Positions 11,384 to 22,166 of a stretch of 64,000 nucleotides of DNA are shown one piece after another. The DNA is taken from positions 480,001 through 544,000 of the forward strand of contig CAWJQQ010000008.1 in assembly GCA_963845065.1 (NCBI GenBank), given 5' to 3'. The notes under the pieces were generated by a model that made no database searches, was not told the origin of the DNA, and saw only the letters and a list, made by a program, of their open reading frames with translations. The position numbers and the translations under genes were made by a program. The stretch's first letter is position 1; every line of letters begins with the position of its first letter. Origin of the DNA: Nitrospirota bacterium. GTDB taxonomy: Bacteria; Nitrospirota; UBA9217.

Positions 11384-14218
11384 TCATAATTTATTGAGCA
11401 CATTCCTCAGCTTTTGAAGATCATAAGGTTTCGCTATTGCATTAACAAAACCATAAGCCCGGAAATCTTTCAAGATGGGGTCTTCGGAATAACCGCTGGT
11501 AACGATTCCCTTTACATCCGGATGGATCTCTAAAAGCTGCCTCATCGTCGCTTCTCCGCCCATGCCTCCGGGTACAACCAGATCTAGGATAACAACATCA
11601 AAGCCCTGGCCTGTTTCTTGTGCCTGCCTGTAAAAAGTAACCGCTTCCTCGCCGTCCACTGCAGTCAAGACGTCCATGCCCAGATGGTTCAGCATCTCGG
11701 CTGCGACGCTTCTGATACTTGCATCATCGTCCATCAACAACACTCTTTTTACATCCGCTCCTGACGAGGAAGCAGTGCGGGGCTCTTCTTTGCTATACCG
11801 GCCTCCTGCTACCGAAAGGTAAATGGTCGCCGTTGTCCCGTTGCCAGGTTGCGATTCGATTGTTATTGCTCCATCGTGCTTGCGGACAATGGAATAGCAA
11901 ATGGATAAACCAAGCCCCATGCCTTTATTGCTTCCCTTGCCCTTCGTCGTGAAATAAGGATCGAAAATCTTCAAAAGGTGCTCCTTAGGAATCCCCACAC
12001 CTTGATCGATCATTGAAATTCTCACGTATGGACCGGATTTCAATGATAGTGCCTCGTCACCGGTAAGTGAAATGTTATTCCCCGTAACTCGCAAAAAACC
12101 TCCTGCAGGCATTGCTTCTTCAGCATTGTTAATTAGATTTCTGAACACCTGTCTCAATTGTCGTTCGTCGGCATTTACAGGAGACAGGTCAGATGCCAGA
12201 GAAATCTCCACGGTTATCATGTCGCTCTTGATTGAGCTGGCCACTATTTCCCGAAGCAATTCCGGTATGAACAGTGCCTTTTTTATCGGGGCGCCTCCAC
12301 TGGCGAAGGTAAGCAGCCGATGGCTCAACTCCGTTGCAGTCATGCACGACCTCTCCGCCTGAGTCAACAAATCCGTTCGTTTATTTTCTGAGTACGAACG
12401 TATCTTTGCTAATGATATACATCCTAGAATGCCCTGGAGAAGATTATTGAAATCATGAGCGATACCGCCTGCCAGAATACCGACTGATTCGAGCTTCTCA
12501 ACCTTGGAAGCTTCTTGCTCCAGCTTTTTTCTTTCCGTGATATCCCTAAATGTCGTGATCGACGCGACAACCTGCCCCTTTTCCAAAATGGGACTGGAAA
12601 CAATAGAAACAGGAAACACAGTGCCGTCCCGCCGTATAAAAACCTCATCAGAGGATACGTATCGCTTTCCTGTGCTCATGACGTTATGCATGCCGCATTT
12701 CTCTATTGGCAACGGTTTCCCGTTAGCCTTCCGGTGGTGGACAAGTTCGTGGGCGCCACTTTCATTTAGCTCCCTCTGAGTCCATCCCAGAAGGCGGACG
12801 GCTTCTTCGTTTATAAATGTAACGCGTCCACTGGGGACAATAACATAGACGCCCTCAGCCATGTGCGACGTGATGTCATGTAATTTTTTCTCGCCTTTTC
12901 TGAGCGCTTCCAGGTTCATGGCATTCTTTATAGCAATCGTAGTTTGGTTGGCAATGTTTTGGTAAAGCGTAATATCCTCTTGCGAAAATTCGCGCTTTTC
13001 AAGTGTGTGTCCAATGAGAACCCCGAAGACATCATCTTCCGCCATCATAGGTACGCAGATGGCGGAATGAATATTATTTTTTCGGACCATATCAGGCACT
13101 TCAAAACGAATTTCCTCGTTGAAGTTTGCTACTATATCGAATTTTTTGTTCTTTATCACAAGGGCAGCCAGATCTTGTCCTTCCACAGGGCTGAATTGGC
13201 AGGTCAAGGTTTCCGGGAAAACCACGCAATCTTTGATTGCCAGGCGGGTCTTATCTTCTGATAGGATTATCAAGGTTGAGAAATCGAGCTGGAGAAGTTC
13301 CTTTGCCGCAAGTACGGCAAAACGCTCCAATTTCACGATATCTGTCGTAGATGTCATCTCACGGGAGATGGAAAGCAACTGCTCAAGGTCATAAGCGTAT
13401 TTTTGAAATTTTTCCTCTGCCTTTTTGCGATCAGTGATGTCTCTTAATGATCCCTCAATACCCGTGGGGTTTCCTCTCGCATCAAAAAGGAAATGCGCAT
13501 TAGCTGAGGCTATGACCATCCTGCCGGATTTTGTTTTGAGCCGCACTTCGTAATCAACGACTTCTTTATTTTCCTTCATTAATTCTAGAAACTTGAGTCG
13601 ATCCTCAGGGTAATAATAGTAGCTGACCACCGGAGTGCCGATCAACTCATCGCGTGTATACCCGGAGTATCGCAGGATCGATGGACTAATCTCAACGACG
13701 TTCCCGATCGCGTTCAACTGATAAAACACATCCTGAACATTTTCAAAAATTGCCTTATATTTCATTTCGCTCTTACGCAATGCTTCTTCAGCCTGGAGGC
13801 GTTCATCTATTTCCCTTTTGAGCGAGGTATTGGCTTGAGCTAATTGTGTAGTCCTTTCCCCGACGTGTTTCTCGAGTTCATTGTTCATTTGTAACTGAGA
13901 AGTCTGCAGACGCTTGAGCTGCATGAGAAGGATTGATACTCCCCACACTCCAAATATCCCCGTAATGCGGTTTGCTGCGGCATGCAGTAAGGGGATGCTG
14001 TCCGAATAGGGAATAAACATACCTGCGGCTATGAGTAGCGTAACAATTACAGAGTATACATATGGCCGTTTTGCAGATTGGAAAACGAAGAACAGCGGCA
14101 AAAGGTAAAGCACCCAAACGTCATACCACAGAGGAGTAAGAAGATCGATCGTGCAAATGACAATGGTCATCAGTATAGATATGATTATTTTATTTTCTTT
14201 CAAAAAAGCAGACGACAT
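11384..14218 (-). CDS. PAS/GAF/PAS hybrid histidine kinase/response regulator
   Basis: TM N-terminus, PAS, GAF (SAICVPM), AHDFNN, GMGLGL, receiver (MDDD..LDL..KP). Confidence 0.95.
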   Translation of the reverse strand: MSSAFLKENKIIISILMTIVICTIDLLTPLWYDVWVLYLLPLFFVFQSAKRPYVYSVIVTLLIAAGMFIPYSDSIPLLHAAANRITGIFGVWGVSILLMQLKRLQTSQLQMNNELEKHVGERTTQLAQANTSLKREIDERLQAEEALRKSEMKYKAIFENVQDVFYQLNAIGNVVEISPSILRYSGYTRDELIGTPVVSYYYYPEDRLKFLELMKENKEVVDYEVRLKTKSGRMVIASANAHFLFDARGNPTGIEGSLRDITDRKKAEEKFQKYAYDLEQLLSISREMTSTTDIVKLERFAVLAAKELLQLDFSTLIILSEDKTRLAIKDCVVFPETLTCQFSPVEGQDLAALVIKNKKFDIVANFNEEIRFEVPDMVRKNNIHSAICVPMMAEDDVFGVLIGHTLEKREFSQEDITLYQNIANQTTIAIKNAMNLEALRKGEKKLHDITSHMAEGVYVIVPSGRVTFINEEAVRLLGWTQRELNESGAHELVHHRKANGKPLPIEKCGMHNVMSTGKRYVSSDEVFIRRDGTVFPVSIVSSPILEKGQVVASITTFRDITERKKLEQEASKVEKLESVGILAGGIAHDFNNLLQGILGCISLAKIRSYSENKRTDLLTQAERSCMTATELSHRLLTFASGGAPIKKALFIPELLREIVASSIKSDMITVEISLASDLSPVNADERQLRQVFRNLINNAEEAMPAGGFLRVTGNNISLTGDEALSLKSGPYVRISMIDQGVGIPKEHLLKIFDPYFTTKGKGSNKGMGLGLSICYSIVRKHDGAITIESQPGNGTTATIYLSVAGGRYSKEEPRTASSSGADVKRVLLMDDDASIRSVAAEMLNHLGMDVLTAVDGEEAVTFYRQAQETGQGFDVVILDLVVPGGMGGEATMRQLLEIHPDVKGIVTSGYSEDPILKDFRAYGFVNAIAKPYDLQKLRNVLNKL

Positions 14219-14938
14219 TAGACTGACCCTCTTGGCGGGGGGCTATTTAAAAAGGCGATTTAGGTACTGCTATAACCGGTATATTTTTATCGTCAAACTT
14301 CAGATAAACTTTAGTTTTTTTAAAAAAAATAGATGTGAGAAACCGCTCTTTATATTGTTGCAAAACGAAGGTCCATTTTTGTGCTTTCTTTCGGTAAATT
14401 GTGTCCGATCGGTGAAGCAAGATCAAGGCTCTGTCCTGACCCTCAAAATTACCTGTTGGACGAGGCACCGCACCAAAAAGACTTCTTTTGTGAACTAAGG
14501 AAAGCATTATTAAACAATTCTTGAATAAAAAAAGAACCAGATACAAAAAAGAGACAGCGACGAATGCTACTACTGAGATTATGAATATCTTTCAAATAAT
14601 TAAATCAATCAAATCGCCGCTTATTAGATTTAATACTCTGGAATTGACCCGGATTGCTAAAATACGGATCGAAACATGCAGAAGCATTCACACGCCTGAT
14701 AGGCGCAGCGTGGAATGATCAGTTATTGCAGTGTAATAAAAAAAGATGAGAATATTGTCATGCAGTATTTACGTCTAACCAATGTTTGTAAAGAAGCCAT
14801 TTACACTGGATGAATTCAAGATGAAGATAGGCCAGATATTCGAGCCGGTGAAACGTTAACGGAATGCAATGTTGGAAATATTGGTTTGAGCAAAGATTTA
14901 TATTGCCATGTATCCCTGAGGCATTCAGCAACGAGGTT

Positions 14939-15312
14939 ATGCCAAGGTAAATCCGAATTTGAAAATACTTGTTGCAGACAATTTTCAGTCAATAAGTAAA
15001 ATCGTAATAGCCATTCTGAAGCAGCTGGGTTATAAAAACATCGATGAAGCCGAAGATGGTGAGCAAGCTATGGCATAATTAAGGGGTGGTGGGTACGGTT
15101 TTTTCGTGACCGACTGGAACCTGCTGATTAGGGATGGGTTGATGTCGTAATCGATTCGCAATGATCCTGCGCTGGAGGATCTTCTGATCATGATGTTGAC
15201 GGCCTAGTTGGGAAAGGCCATAGTTGTTAAAGCCATCCAGGCAGGAGTGAACAACTATATTATGAAGCCTTTTGCGGAAGAGAGTTTTCAGGACAGAATG
15301 GGGGAATTTTAG
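14939..15312 (+). pseudogene. cheY: CheY-like response regulator pseudogene
   Basis: Frame from 14950 reads NPNLKILVADNF..LKQLGYKNIDEAEDGEQA..TDWN..MLTA..AGVNNYIMKPF with three internal stops; frameshift just after ATG 14939. Confidence 0.8.
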
Positions 15313-15498
15313 TATCGAATGAAAAAAATAAATGCCAATCGTGCTTCGCTTCCAAATAACGTAGAGCCCCCGTTGAAGCCAAACGCGGCACAAATATTCG
15401 TATGACATAGTTCAGGGTCGTCGTTATTTGATGCCTTTTGTCGCGGGCTTGTGGCCTCCGATGGAAACAATACGTTCTTTATGGAATCGCGCTGATAT

Positions 15499-15987
15499 TT
15501 AACTACCTTTTTTGAGCGTACGGGAAGACAAACGCTCAACTTCCCTTGCAAATTCTTCTTTTAACTCCTTGGATGTATCGATTTTTCCCGACTCAATTTT
15601 GTTTACTTCCTCAACAAACTCGTTTCGCAGGTGCGGATCGATCTGCTCGCTTTTGCCCGCGGCGCGTGCATTTTGCAGAAAAGGCTTTTTACCTCCGAGC
15701 ATTTTCATCATTCCTAGTTTTGACACTGAAAAACCCGTTACCGAACCTAGCTCATCAATTTCTACCTGCTTGAAAAAGTCACAACGCAAACAGTCCCTGT
15801 TAACTATTGCAAACGTTCCCGTTGTCGGTCCGCCACCGCCCGTTCCTGCAACTACCCAGCACGCGCGGCCGGCGTTCATGCCTCCATGTAACCCGTTGAA
15901 CATGTGCTCCTTTGCAACAGCACAATCATTCTTTCTGTCTGGCCCTCTCCCGCACTGTTTGAATTCCCAGCAGTTCTGTTTTTTCAC
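15499..15987 (-). CDS. Cys-rich two-CW-type domain protein
   Basis: NCWEFKQCGR...GRACWVVAGT...CLRCDFF; GGAG RBS before a GTG start. Confidence 0.75.
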   Translation of the reverse strand: MKKQNCWEFKQCGRGPDRKNDCAVAKEHMFNGLHGGMNAGRACWVVAGTGGGGPTTGTFAIVNRDCLRCDFFKQVEIDELGSVTGFSVSKLGMMKMLGGKKPFLQNARAAGKSEQIDPHLRNEFVEEVNKIESGKIDTSKELKEEFAREVERLSSRTLKKGS

Positions 15988-16189
15988 ATTAAACGCTCCT
16001 TATGTCGATAGAATCGAAGGCTGTTTAAAATCCTCCGGCTCTTTATTCTGCAACACTCGACTGGCAATGTTTCATCATGGACCCGATCATAAGTGCGTGG
16101 TATATTCTGAGGCTTTTTCTGAACAGCATCAGCGCCTTTGTACGAGCTAAACTATTTCCAGGCAGAGGTTCCTCTCCAGAAATTAGGCG

Positions 16190-17092
16190 CTACCTGGGCC
16201 CTTTCGATCGATATTTTTCAATCATATTCATGCTCGCTATGATGCTTATTTTCATCCGTCCGAATGCTTCAGCGAGAGTTTTTATCTCATCATTACTGGA
16301 TATGGAAAAGTCTTTTTCAAAATTACCTTTGCTGATCTCGTCTGCAGTTGCGGCAAATGCTTTGATCGGTTTGATGATCCCGCTTACAATCGCCCTATCA
16401 ATCATGAACAGGATTACGCAAAAGACTGCGGCATACAGTCCCATAAAGGTGAGAAGCGCTTTGATGGCATGCGCTCTGGCTAGCTTCGTCGGAACGTACA
16501 CTATCAGTGAGGCCACGACTTGGTTAGGCTGCCAGCCAAATGCTGCGCTGCTGCCATAGGTCGCTATAACTTCCTTGGGCGCCGCATCGGGTTGGCTGTG
16601 ACACTGCATGCAGGAACCTTCTGAAACGACGGCTTTGGCAACATAAAAATATTCATCGTTACCCCTGTCGATGAACCCTTTCGCCTCCGAGATTTGTCTG
16701 TTGTCAATGAAGTTCTTGATGATTCCCCCCTCGAAACTGTCCGCTTTATTGATTGGATTGCGCGGGTTTAAGGAAATATGCCGGAACGAGTACTCGGGGA
16801 ACTTTACTTTCAAGCGTTCGGCAATGCTGCGAGCCACAAACGATGTCGACATGAGCCGTACGTCAAATTTGTTCGGGCTGATTTCCTGTGCTGCCGGTCG
16901 CATGACCTGGCCTACGTGTTGCCGCACGGATTCCATCGTGTCCAGAAAGAACTTCGCCTGCTCAAAGACGTCTTCATTAATGTTCTTTTGGAGTACGATG
17001 TATGCTACCGTTCCCACCAGGGGAAGTGATATGAAGAAGATGATTATGAGCATCACGGCAAATCGAACCTGTAACGACATTTTCTTCAGCAT
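16190..17092 (-). CDS. DUF3365/Tll0287-like heme-c sensor with HAMP and no output domain
   Basis: TM - periplasmic SLNPRNPINKAD..CMQCH - TM - HAMP (DEIKTLAEAFGRM), then stop. Confidence 0.85.
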   Translation of the reverse strand: MLKKMSLQVRFAVMLIIIFFISLPLVGTVAYIVLQKNINEDVFEQAKFFLDTMESVRQHVGQVMRPAAQEISPNKFDVRLMSTSFVARSIAERLKVKFPEYSFRHISLNPRNPINKADSFEGGIIKNFIDNRQISEAKGFIDRGNDEYFYVAKAVVSEGSCMQCHSQPDAAPKEVIATYGSSAAFGWQPNQVVASLIVYVPTKLARAHAIKALLTFMGLYAAVFCVILFMIDRAIVSGIIKPIKAFAATADEISKGNFEKDFSISSNDEIKTLAEAFGRMKISIIASMNMIEKYRSKGPR

Positions 17093-17122
17093 GTGGACCT
17101 CCGGAAAATTTAATTGGTTATC

Positions 17123-17716
17123 TTATTTAGCATGGTTACCGAGTGCCAGCCCCATGGCGTATTTTGCGATAAACGTTGACCGGTGCTGACTGGGCAGTTC
17201 CCCCTTGAGCCTATCGATCAACCGGCTGAATAGGGAAGTGTGCATGTCCATTCCCAGTCGATAGCCTAATTCCGAATATGTAGTATCGAGGATCATCTTG
17301 CCGATGGGACCCATAATGTTGATAAACTCATCCTCAAGCGTGCGGAGGTCGGTTGCGCTGACGGTAACGGTGTGAGCATCGTTGCCGGTCGTTGTGCTGC
17401 CGGTTACGGGATAGGATGCAAACAGCTCCTCGAACTTGTTGTCGATTGATGCATTATCTTTGGACACAAAATTCGGCGTCTTGAAACCTTTCAAGAATGT
17501 TGCGTTCATTGGATGACAGGTGCCGAGGGCATTGAGGCATGCCTCGTTTTTCAACGTCCCCATGCTGAGGCCAACGATCATCCCGAGTTCGAAATAGATA
17601 TTTAGAAGGTGTTCATGCCCCTCTACCTTGACAGAGAGAAGCCCGGAATTTTTTTCTTCTTTATAGGGCCATACAATTTTTTTCAGATTCATAATATTAT
17701 CGGATATTGCTTCCAT
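17123..17716 (-). CDS. Hypothetical protein with PATAN/DUF4388-like N-terminus and GPIG helical C-terminal domain
   Basis: SGLLSV...IYFELGMIV pattern; IMGPIGKMI; GAGGAG RBS. Confidence 0.65.
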   Translation of the reverse strand: MEAISDNIMNLKKIVWPYKEEKNSGLLSVKVEGHEHLLNIYFELGMIVGLSMGTLKNEACLNALGTCHPMNATFLKGFKTPNFVSKDNASIDNKFEELFASYPVTGSTTTGNDAHTVTVSATDLRTLEDEFINIMGPIGKMILDTTYSELGYRLGMDMHTSLFSRLIDRLKGELPSQHRSTFIAKYAMGLALGNHAK

Positions 17717-18136
17717 CCGCGCTCCTCTCCTGATAAAATGACAAGCGGCACTATGAAGTTACCCTTCGTCTTTCAACTACATGTAGAGGTGCATCTTCCC
17801 AGTTAACATGCCAGATACAAAGGACCCTATTACAAACTGCAGAGTTTCGGCATTTATACTAAACGCATTTTGCTATTTAGCGTTATAAAAAAGGAATACT
17901 ATAGTAGTATATCATAGAAAATAGTTAACTTTCTGAAATTTTATGTTATGCCCTTTCCGAGACGAACGGGTCAGACGACGAGTAGTGCTTGTGGACTAAC
18001 CTGATTTTTGAGGCTTTTTACGGCTTTTTTTGCCTCTTTAAAACCTGCTTTTACTGTAATACTGTATTTATCGGCATAACGAATAGAAAATTTAGCAGGC
18101 AGATCAAATTATTTCCGCATCCTTTATAGGTGTTAG

Positions 18137-18276
18137 CTATGCTTTGAGTGGTCATCAGTCAGTAAAATCGCTCCTACTTCCCCGTACCCGACATAGATCG
18201 TATAACGCGAAGCAGCGGTAATGCCCGTACCGCGCTGCACAGCGTGAGGACCCCATGCATATAATTCTGCGTTTCC
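18137..18276 (-). pseudogene. Fragment of the lytic transglycosylase 3' end (copy A)
   Basis: Diverged copy of 18530-18667 (GTGITAASRYTIYVGYGEVGAILLTDD). Confidence 0.8.
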
Positions 18277-18489
18277 ATCACAGCGCAGACCTTTAATATT
18301 GAAAGGGGGTCTTAAAACGGGTGTCTCGCCCTGTTCCCTAGCTAAAGAAAATTGAATCATCGAGGACAAAGAGATAAAATGCGGCACGATTAATAACTCT
18401 GACGCGTTCCTGTAATGTTCGGCAGGTTATCGGGAAGGATGACGAGGGAATTTGCGAGATTTGTTGAGAAGAGAAGGCGGGTTCGGGTG

Positions 18490-19239
18490 TTACAGCTCTT
18501 TAAACGTTCGGCGCTTCGCGTTTCTTTCACTATGCTTTGAGGGGTCATCGGTAAGCATGATAGCACCGTCTTCACCGTAGCCAACAAAGATCGTGTAGCG
18601 CGGAGTTGCGGTGATGCCCGTGCCGCTGTACAGCGTGAGGACCCTCTGCACATAATTCTGCGTTTCCGGGAACGGTGGGACCGTCCCCCATTTCTTGACA
18701 GCGCTCTCGCCGGCGTTGTAGGCTGCCAGGGCGAGTGTTAGATTTCCATCATACCGGTCGATCAGGTACCGCAGGTACCGTACGCCGCCGTCTACATTCT
18801 CATGGGGATTGAAGATGTTGTGTACGTTCATGTCGATGGCCGTCTGCGGCATGAGCTGCATGAGTCCCATGGCGCCTTTCCGGGACAGCGCATAGGGATT
18901 GAAGTCCGATTCGACCTTTACGATCGCATGGACCAGCGCCGGGTCTACGCCGTGGCGGCTGCAGGCATTGTTTATGGCATCGTAAAAATCAGTGGGATCA
19001 GCTGCAGAGGGATTCGGTGCTGTGTTTGAAGGCCTGGAAATAGACGCGCCTGCGGCATAATGCGGCGCTCTCGGTTCTGACTTTACTCTTTTGACTTTTT
19101 TAGCGGTACCGAACCCGACGTTGCTGAAATGGATCACGCCGTTCTGATCGATGTATTGATAAATGTCGGCCACGGCGTGCCGGAGGGGGATACAAAGGAA
19201 GGCGACTAGCGCACAAGCCACTTTAGCACGGCGTATCAT
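18490..19239 (-). CDS. DUF4124-like + SLT-domain lytic transglycosylase
   Basis: ADIYQYIDQNGVIHFSN; VESDFNP, GAMGLMQLMP, AYNAG, ETQNYV; GAGG RBS before ATG 19239. Confidence 0.92.
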   Translation of the reverse strand: MIRRAKVACALVAFLCIPLRHAVADIYQYIDQNGVIHFSNVGFGTAKKVKRVKSEPRAPHYAAGASISRPSNTAPNPSAADPTDFYDAINNACSRHGVDPALVHAIVKVESDFNPYALSRKGAMGLMQLMPQTAIDMNVHNIFNPHENVDGGVRYLRYLIDRYDGNLTLALAAYNAGESAVKKWGTVPPFPETQNYVQRVLTLYSGTGITATPRYTIFVGYGEDGAIMLTDDPSKHSERNAKRRTFKEL

Positions 19240-19435
19240 CAGTAACCTCATTCTTCCGGTTCCAGGCAATGAATACTGTTGTATGCAATGCATTGGTTCA
19301 TATTATAAATTAACAAAAACTGTTTTGTCAACTAAAAATTGGCAGGGCAACAGGGCAAAAACGGCTCCGATTGCGCAATATGTACCGCCCTCACCATTTT
19401 ATCGGCTGAAAGACAAATTTCTTTAACTTGCAATT

Positions 19436-19548
19436 CCCTGTAGCTTGCTACAGGGTCACCGCAAAAAGGGAAGAGTTTAGGAAACCGCAGGTTTCTCAAT
19501 TGATAATCGTCTTCCTCTTTATAGATACCCTGTCAGCTTGCTGCGGGG
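19436..19548. repeat. Paired IS200/IS605-type or REP-like hairpins (PATE-like remnant)
   Basis: CCCTGTAGCTTGCTACAGGG (19436-19455) and CCCTGTCAGCTTGCTGCGGGG (19528-19548) with a non-coding spacer. Confidence 0.55.
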
Positions 19549-19634
19549 TGCTACATTCGTGGATGGGGGAAATTATAAAAAGTTCAATAATTTTCTTATA
19601 TCGGGGAAGGTGTGCTTTAATACATTCTCCTCAT

Positions 19635-19711
19635 CGCGGGGTGGAGCAGTTTGGTAGCTCGACGGGTTCATAACACGAAGGTCGTCGGTTCAAATCCGGC
19701 CCCCGCTACTA
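19635..19711 (+). pseudogene. Degenerate tRNA-fMet(CAT) copy 1
   Basis: Near-identical to 28732-28808 but with two anticodon-stem mismatches and CCA changed to CTA. Confidence 0.85.
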
Positions 19712-19822
19712 CCGCTGTACAGCGTGAGGATCCTCTGCACATAATTCCCGTTTCCGTGTACGGCGGGACCGTTCCCCATTTCTAAATGGCGGTCTCGCCG
19801 GCGTTATACGCTGCGACCGCGA
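19712..19822 (-). pseudogene. Fragment of the lytic transglycosylase (copy B)
   Basis: Diverged copy of about 18623-18734 abutting the pseudo-tRNA 3' end. Confidence 0.75.
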
Positions 19823-20500
19823 TAAATGGGGGGGAAGTGATGAATTGTGAAAAGAGCGTCTTTGAATACAGACTGCTCGTTTTTATTGATTTGTTCATAC
19901 GATTGGGAACCGGCCCATCAATCTCTTGAAGAATCCGGAGAATAGTTTCCAGTCGTTCCTATTGATTCCTTCCACCTAGTCCGGCAATTCTTCCATCCAT
20001 GCCAATTGATTTTTCCCTGATCCGGCGATGACGGAATTGCTAAATTCTGGCTGTAATAATATGGATAAATTTGTTTAATAATAAATAACATTCTGAAGTC
20101 TTTATCGATGAAATTTATAAATTTAAAACTTATCAATCTGTACTTGTTAGTTTCTACCTTAAAATATCCATGCCAACTCAAATTAGAACTTTACATTGAC
20201 TTTATAAAATTCAGTGATAAAGTATTATCGTAATCGTTTCTCTTTTCACAATCACTCCTTTCCATGATATCTCGGGAAATAAGCCAAGCGCATAATTCTG
20301 ATCCTGAAGCCAAATAAAGAGATCTGTAATCAGTCCTTGTTAATAGTTTACGAAGATGCACCTGCTTAGAGCAATTGTCATCGTTGTTATAAATTGTACT
20401 AATTCTATCCCATTTAGGAAGAACAGATGCATAATGCTTTGCTGGACCATTCAGAATTTAAGACACGCAATCCATCGCACAATGAAAAAGGGAGGCTTCC

Positions 20501-21973
20501 ATGAAAAGACTTACGATTTTTGCCTTGATAGCGGTTCTGGTTCTCGGAGCTGCGATATTCCTTGGCGCCTGCAGCAGTGGCGGTGGTGGCAGCAGCAGTA
20601 GCAGTTCATCATCGAGCAGTGGAGGGCCAAGCACATATACGGTATCCTATAACGGCAACGGCAGTACCGGCGGCACCGTCCCGGTTGACGCGAACAAATA
20701 CGCGGCGGCGCAGACCGTCACGGTGCTCGGCAATACAGGAAGCCTCGCATATACAGGCTATTCCTTCCTGGGCTGGAACACGCTGTCTAACGGAACCGGA
20801 ACGACCTATACATCAGGGCAGACTTTCACGATGGGTACGGCAGACGTTATCCTATACGCGGATTGGATCATAGGCTTTGCCTACGTGGCGAACAGCGGCG
20901 ATGGTACCGTCTCTCAATACACGATCGGCATGGATGGAACGCTCTCAGCCATAACGCCATCTACGGTTGCGGCGGGGTCGGGTCCCTACTCCGTCACGGT
21001 CGACCCCTCGGGCAAGTACGCCTACGTGGCGAATGAGTACGACAACACCGTCTCGCAGTACACGATTGGCGCGGACGGGTCTTTGACATCTATGGCAACG
21101 GCCACGGTTGCGGCGGGGACTAATCCCTGGTCCGTCACGGTCGACCCCAAGGGTCCGTACGTCTACGTGGCGGACTCTAACGCGTCGCTTAGCGACACCG
21201 GCATCTCCGGCATCTCGCAGTACACGATCGGCTCGAATGGGGCGCTTACACCCATGAGCCCGGCCATAGTTGCGGCGGGGAATGTACCCTATGTCGTCAC
21301 GGTCGACCCCACGGGCAGGTACGTCTACGTGGCGAACGATAGCCCCTCTCTTACGCCCAGCACCACCTTCTTGGTCTCGCAGTACACGATCGGCTCGAAT
21401 GGGGCGCTTACACCCATGAGTCCGGCCACGGTCGCGGTGGGGGGGATATATCCCACTTCCATTACTGTTGACCCTTCGGGAAAGTACGCCTATGTGACTA
21501 ACTTCGGCGGCAACGTCGCGCAGTACACGATCGGCACGGGTGGCACGCTCTCAGCCATGACCCCATCCACGGTCGCGGCGGGGTCAGAGCCCACTTCCGT
21601 CGCGGTCGACCCCTCGAGTAAATACGCCTACGTGACGAACTCTAACGACAACACCGTCTCGCAATACACGATCGGCACGGGTGGGGCGCTCACACCCATG
21701 AGCCCACCCACGGTCGCGACGGAGACGGGTCCCAATTCCGTCACGGTCGACCCCTCGGGCAAATACGTCTACGTGGCGAACGATAGCAGCAACACCATCG
21801 CTCAGTACATGATCGGCACGGATGGGGCACTCACACTTTTGAGCACACCCACGGTCCCGGCGGGGTCGGGTCCCTGGTCCATCATCACCACCGCAGGCAA
21901 GCAGACTTCATCCACCGAGAACACAGGGATGTGGGATTCATCTGAATGGGACAACGCCCAGTGGGGAACGTAA
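20501..21973 (+). CDS. Lipoprotein: Ser/Gly linker, InlB B-repeat-like (Flg_new) domain, lactonase-type beta-propeller, Trp-rich C-terminal motif
   Basis: Lipobox LGAC; YTVSYNGNG..GWNT..LYADW; about 7 repeats of VTVDPSGKYAYVAN; ends MWDSSEWDNAQWGT. Confidence 0.9.
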   Translation: MKRLTIFALIAVLVLGAAIFLGACSSGGGGSSSSSSSSSSGGPSTYTVSYNGNGSTGGTVPVDANKYAAAQTVTVLGNTGSLAYTGYSFLGWNTLSNGTGTTYTSGQTFTMGTADVILYADWIIGFAYVANSGDGTVSQYTIGMDGTLSAITPSTVAAGSGPYSVTVDPSGKYAYVANEYDNTVSQYTIGADGSLTSMATATVAAGTNPWSVTVDPKGPYVYVADSNASLSDTGISGISQYTIGSNGALTPMSPAIVAAGNVPYVVTVDPTGRYVYVANDSPSLTPSTTFLVSQYTIGSNGALTPMSPATVAVGGIYPTSITVDPSGKYAYVTNFGGNVAQYTIGTGGTLSAMTPSTVAAGSEPTSVAVDPSSKYAYVTNSNDNTVSQYTIGTGGALTPMSPPTVATETGPNSVTVDPSGKYVYVANDSSNTIAQYMIGTDGALTLLSTPTVPAGSGPWSIITTAGKQTSSTENTGMWDSSEWDNAQWGT

Positions 21974-22166
21974 GCTAAACAGGCACGATGACCATCCTTC
22001 ATTTAAAAAGAAGAGGAGGTTTAATATGATTAGCGCTCTAAACAAGAATTACGTCAAAACCGCATTCCGAATTTTAAAAATGAATAAAAAAAATAAGGAG
22101 AGCGGCATGGAAAAAATGAAATCAAATCGCAAAGGAAACGTTATTATGAAATCGATTAAATTCGTA

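Noticed and set aside
5234..14117. Numerous short antisense or overlapping ORFs within kinase genes (and similarly within transposase and enzyme genes elsewhere)
   Set aside because: Shadow ORFs of long, well-supported genes
14247..14800. Hydrophobic broken reading frame on the minus strand
   Set aside because: Possibly a decayed membrane gene but no family can be supported
20870..21890. Regularly spaced repeats that could mimic a CRISPR array
   Set aside because: They are coding beta-propeller blades; no constant repeat/unique spacer pattern and no cas genes
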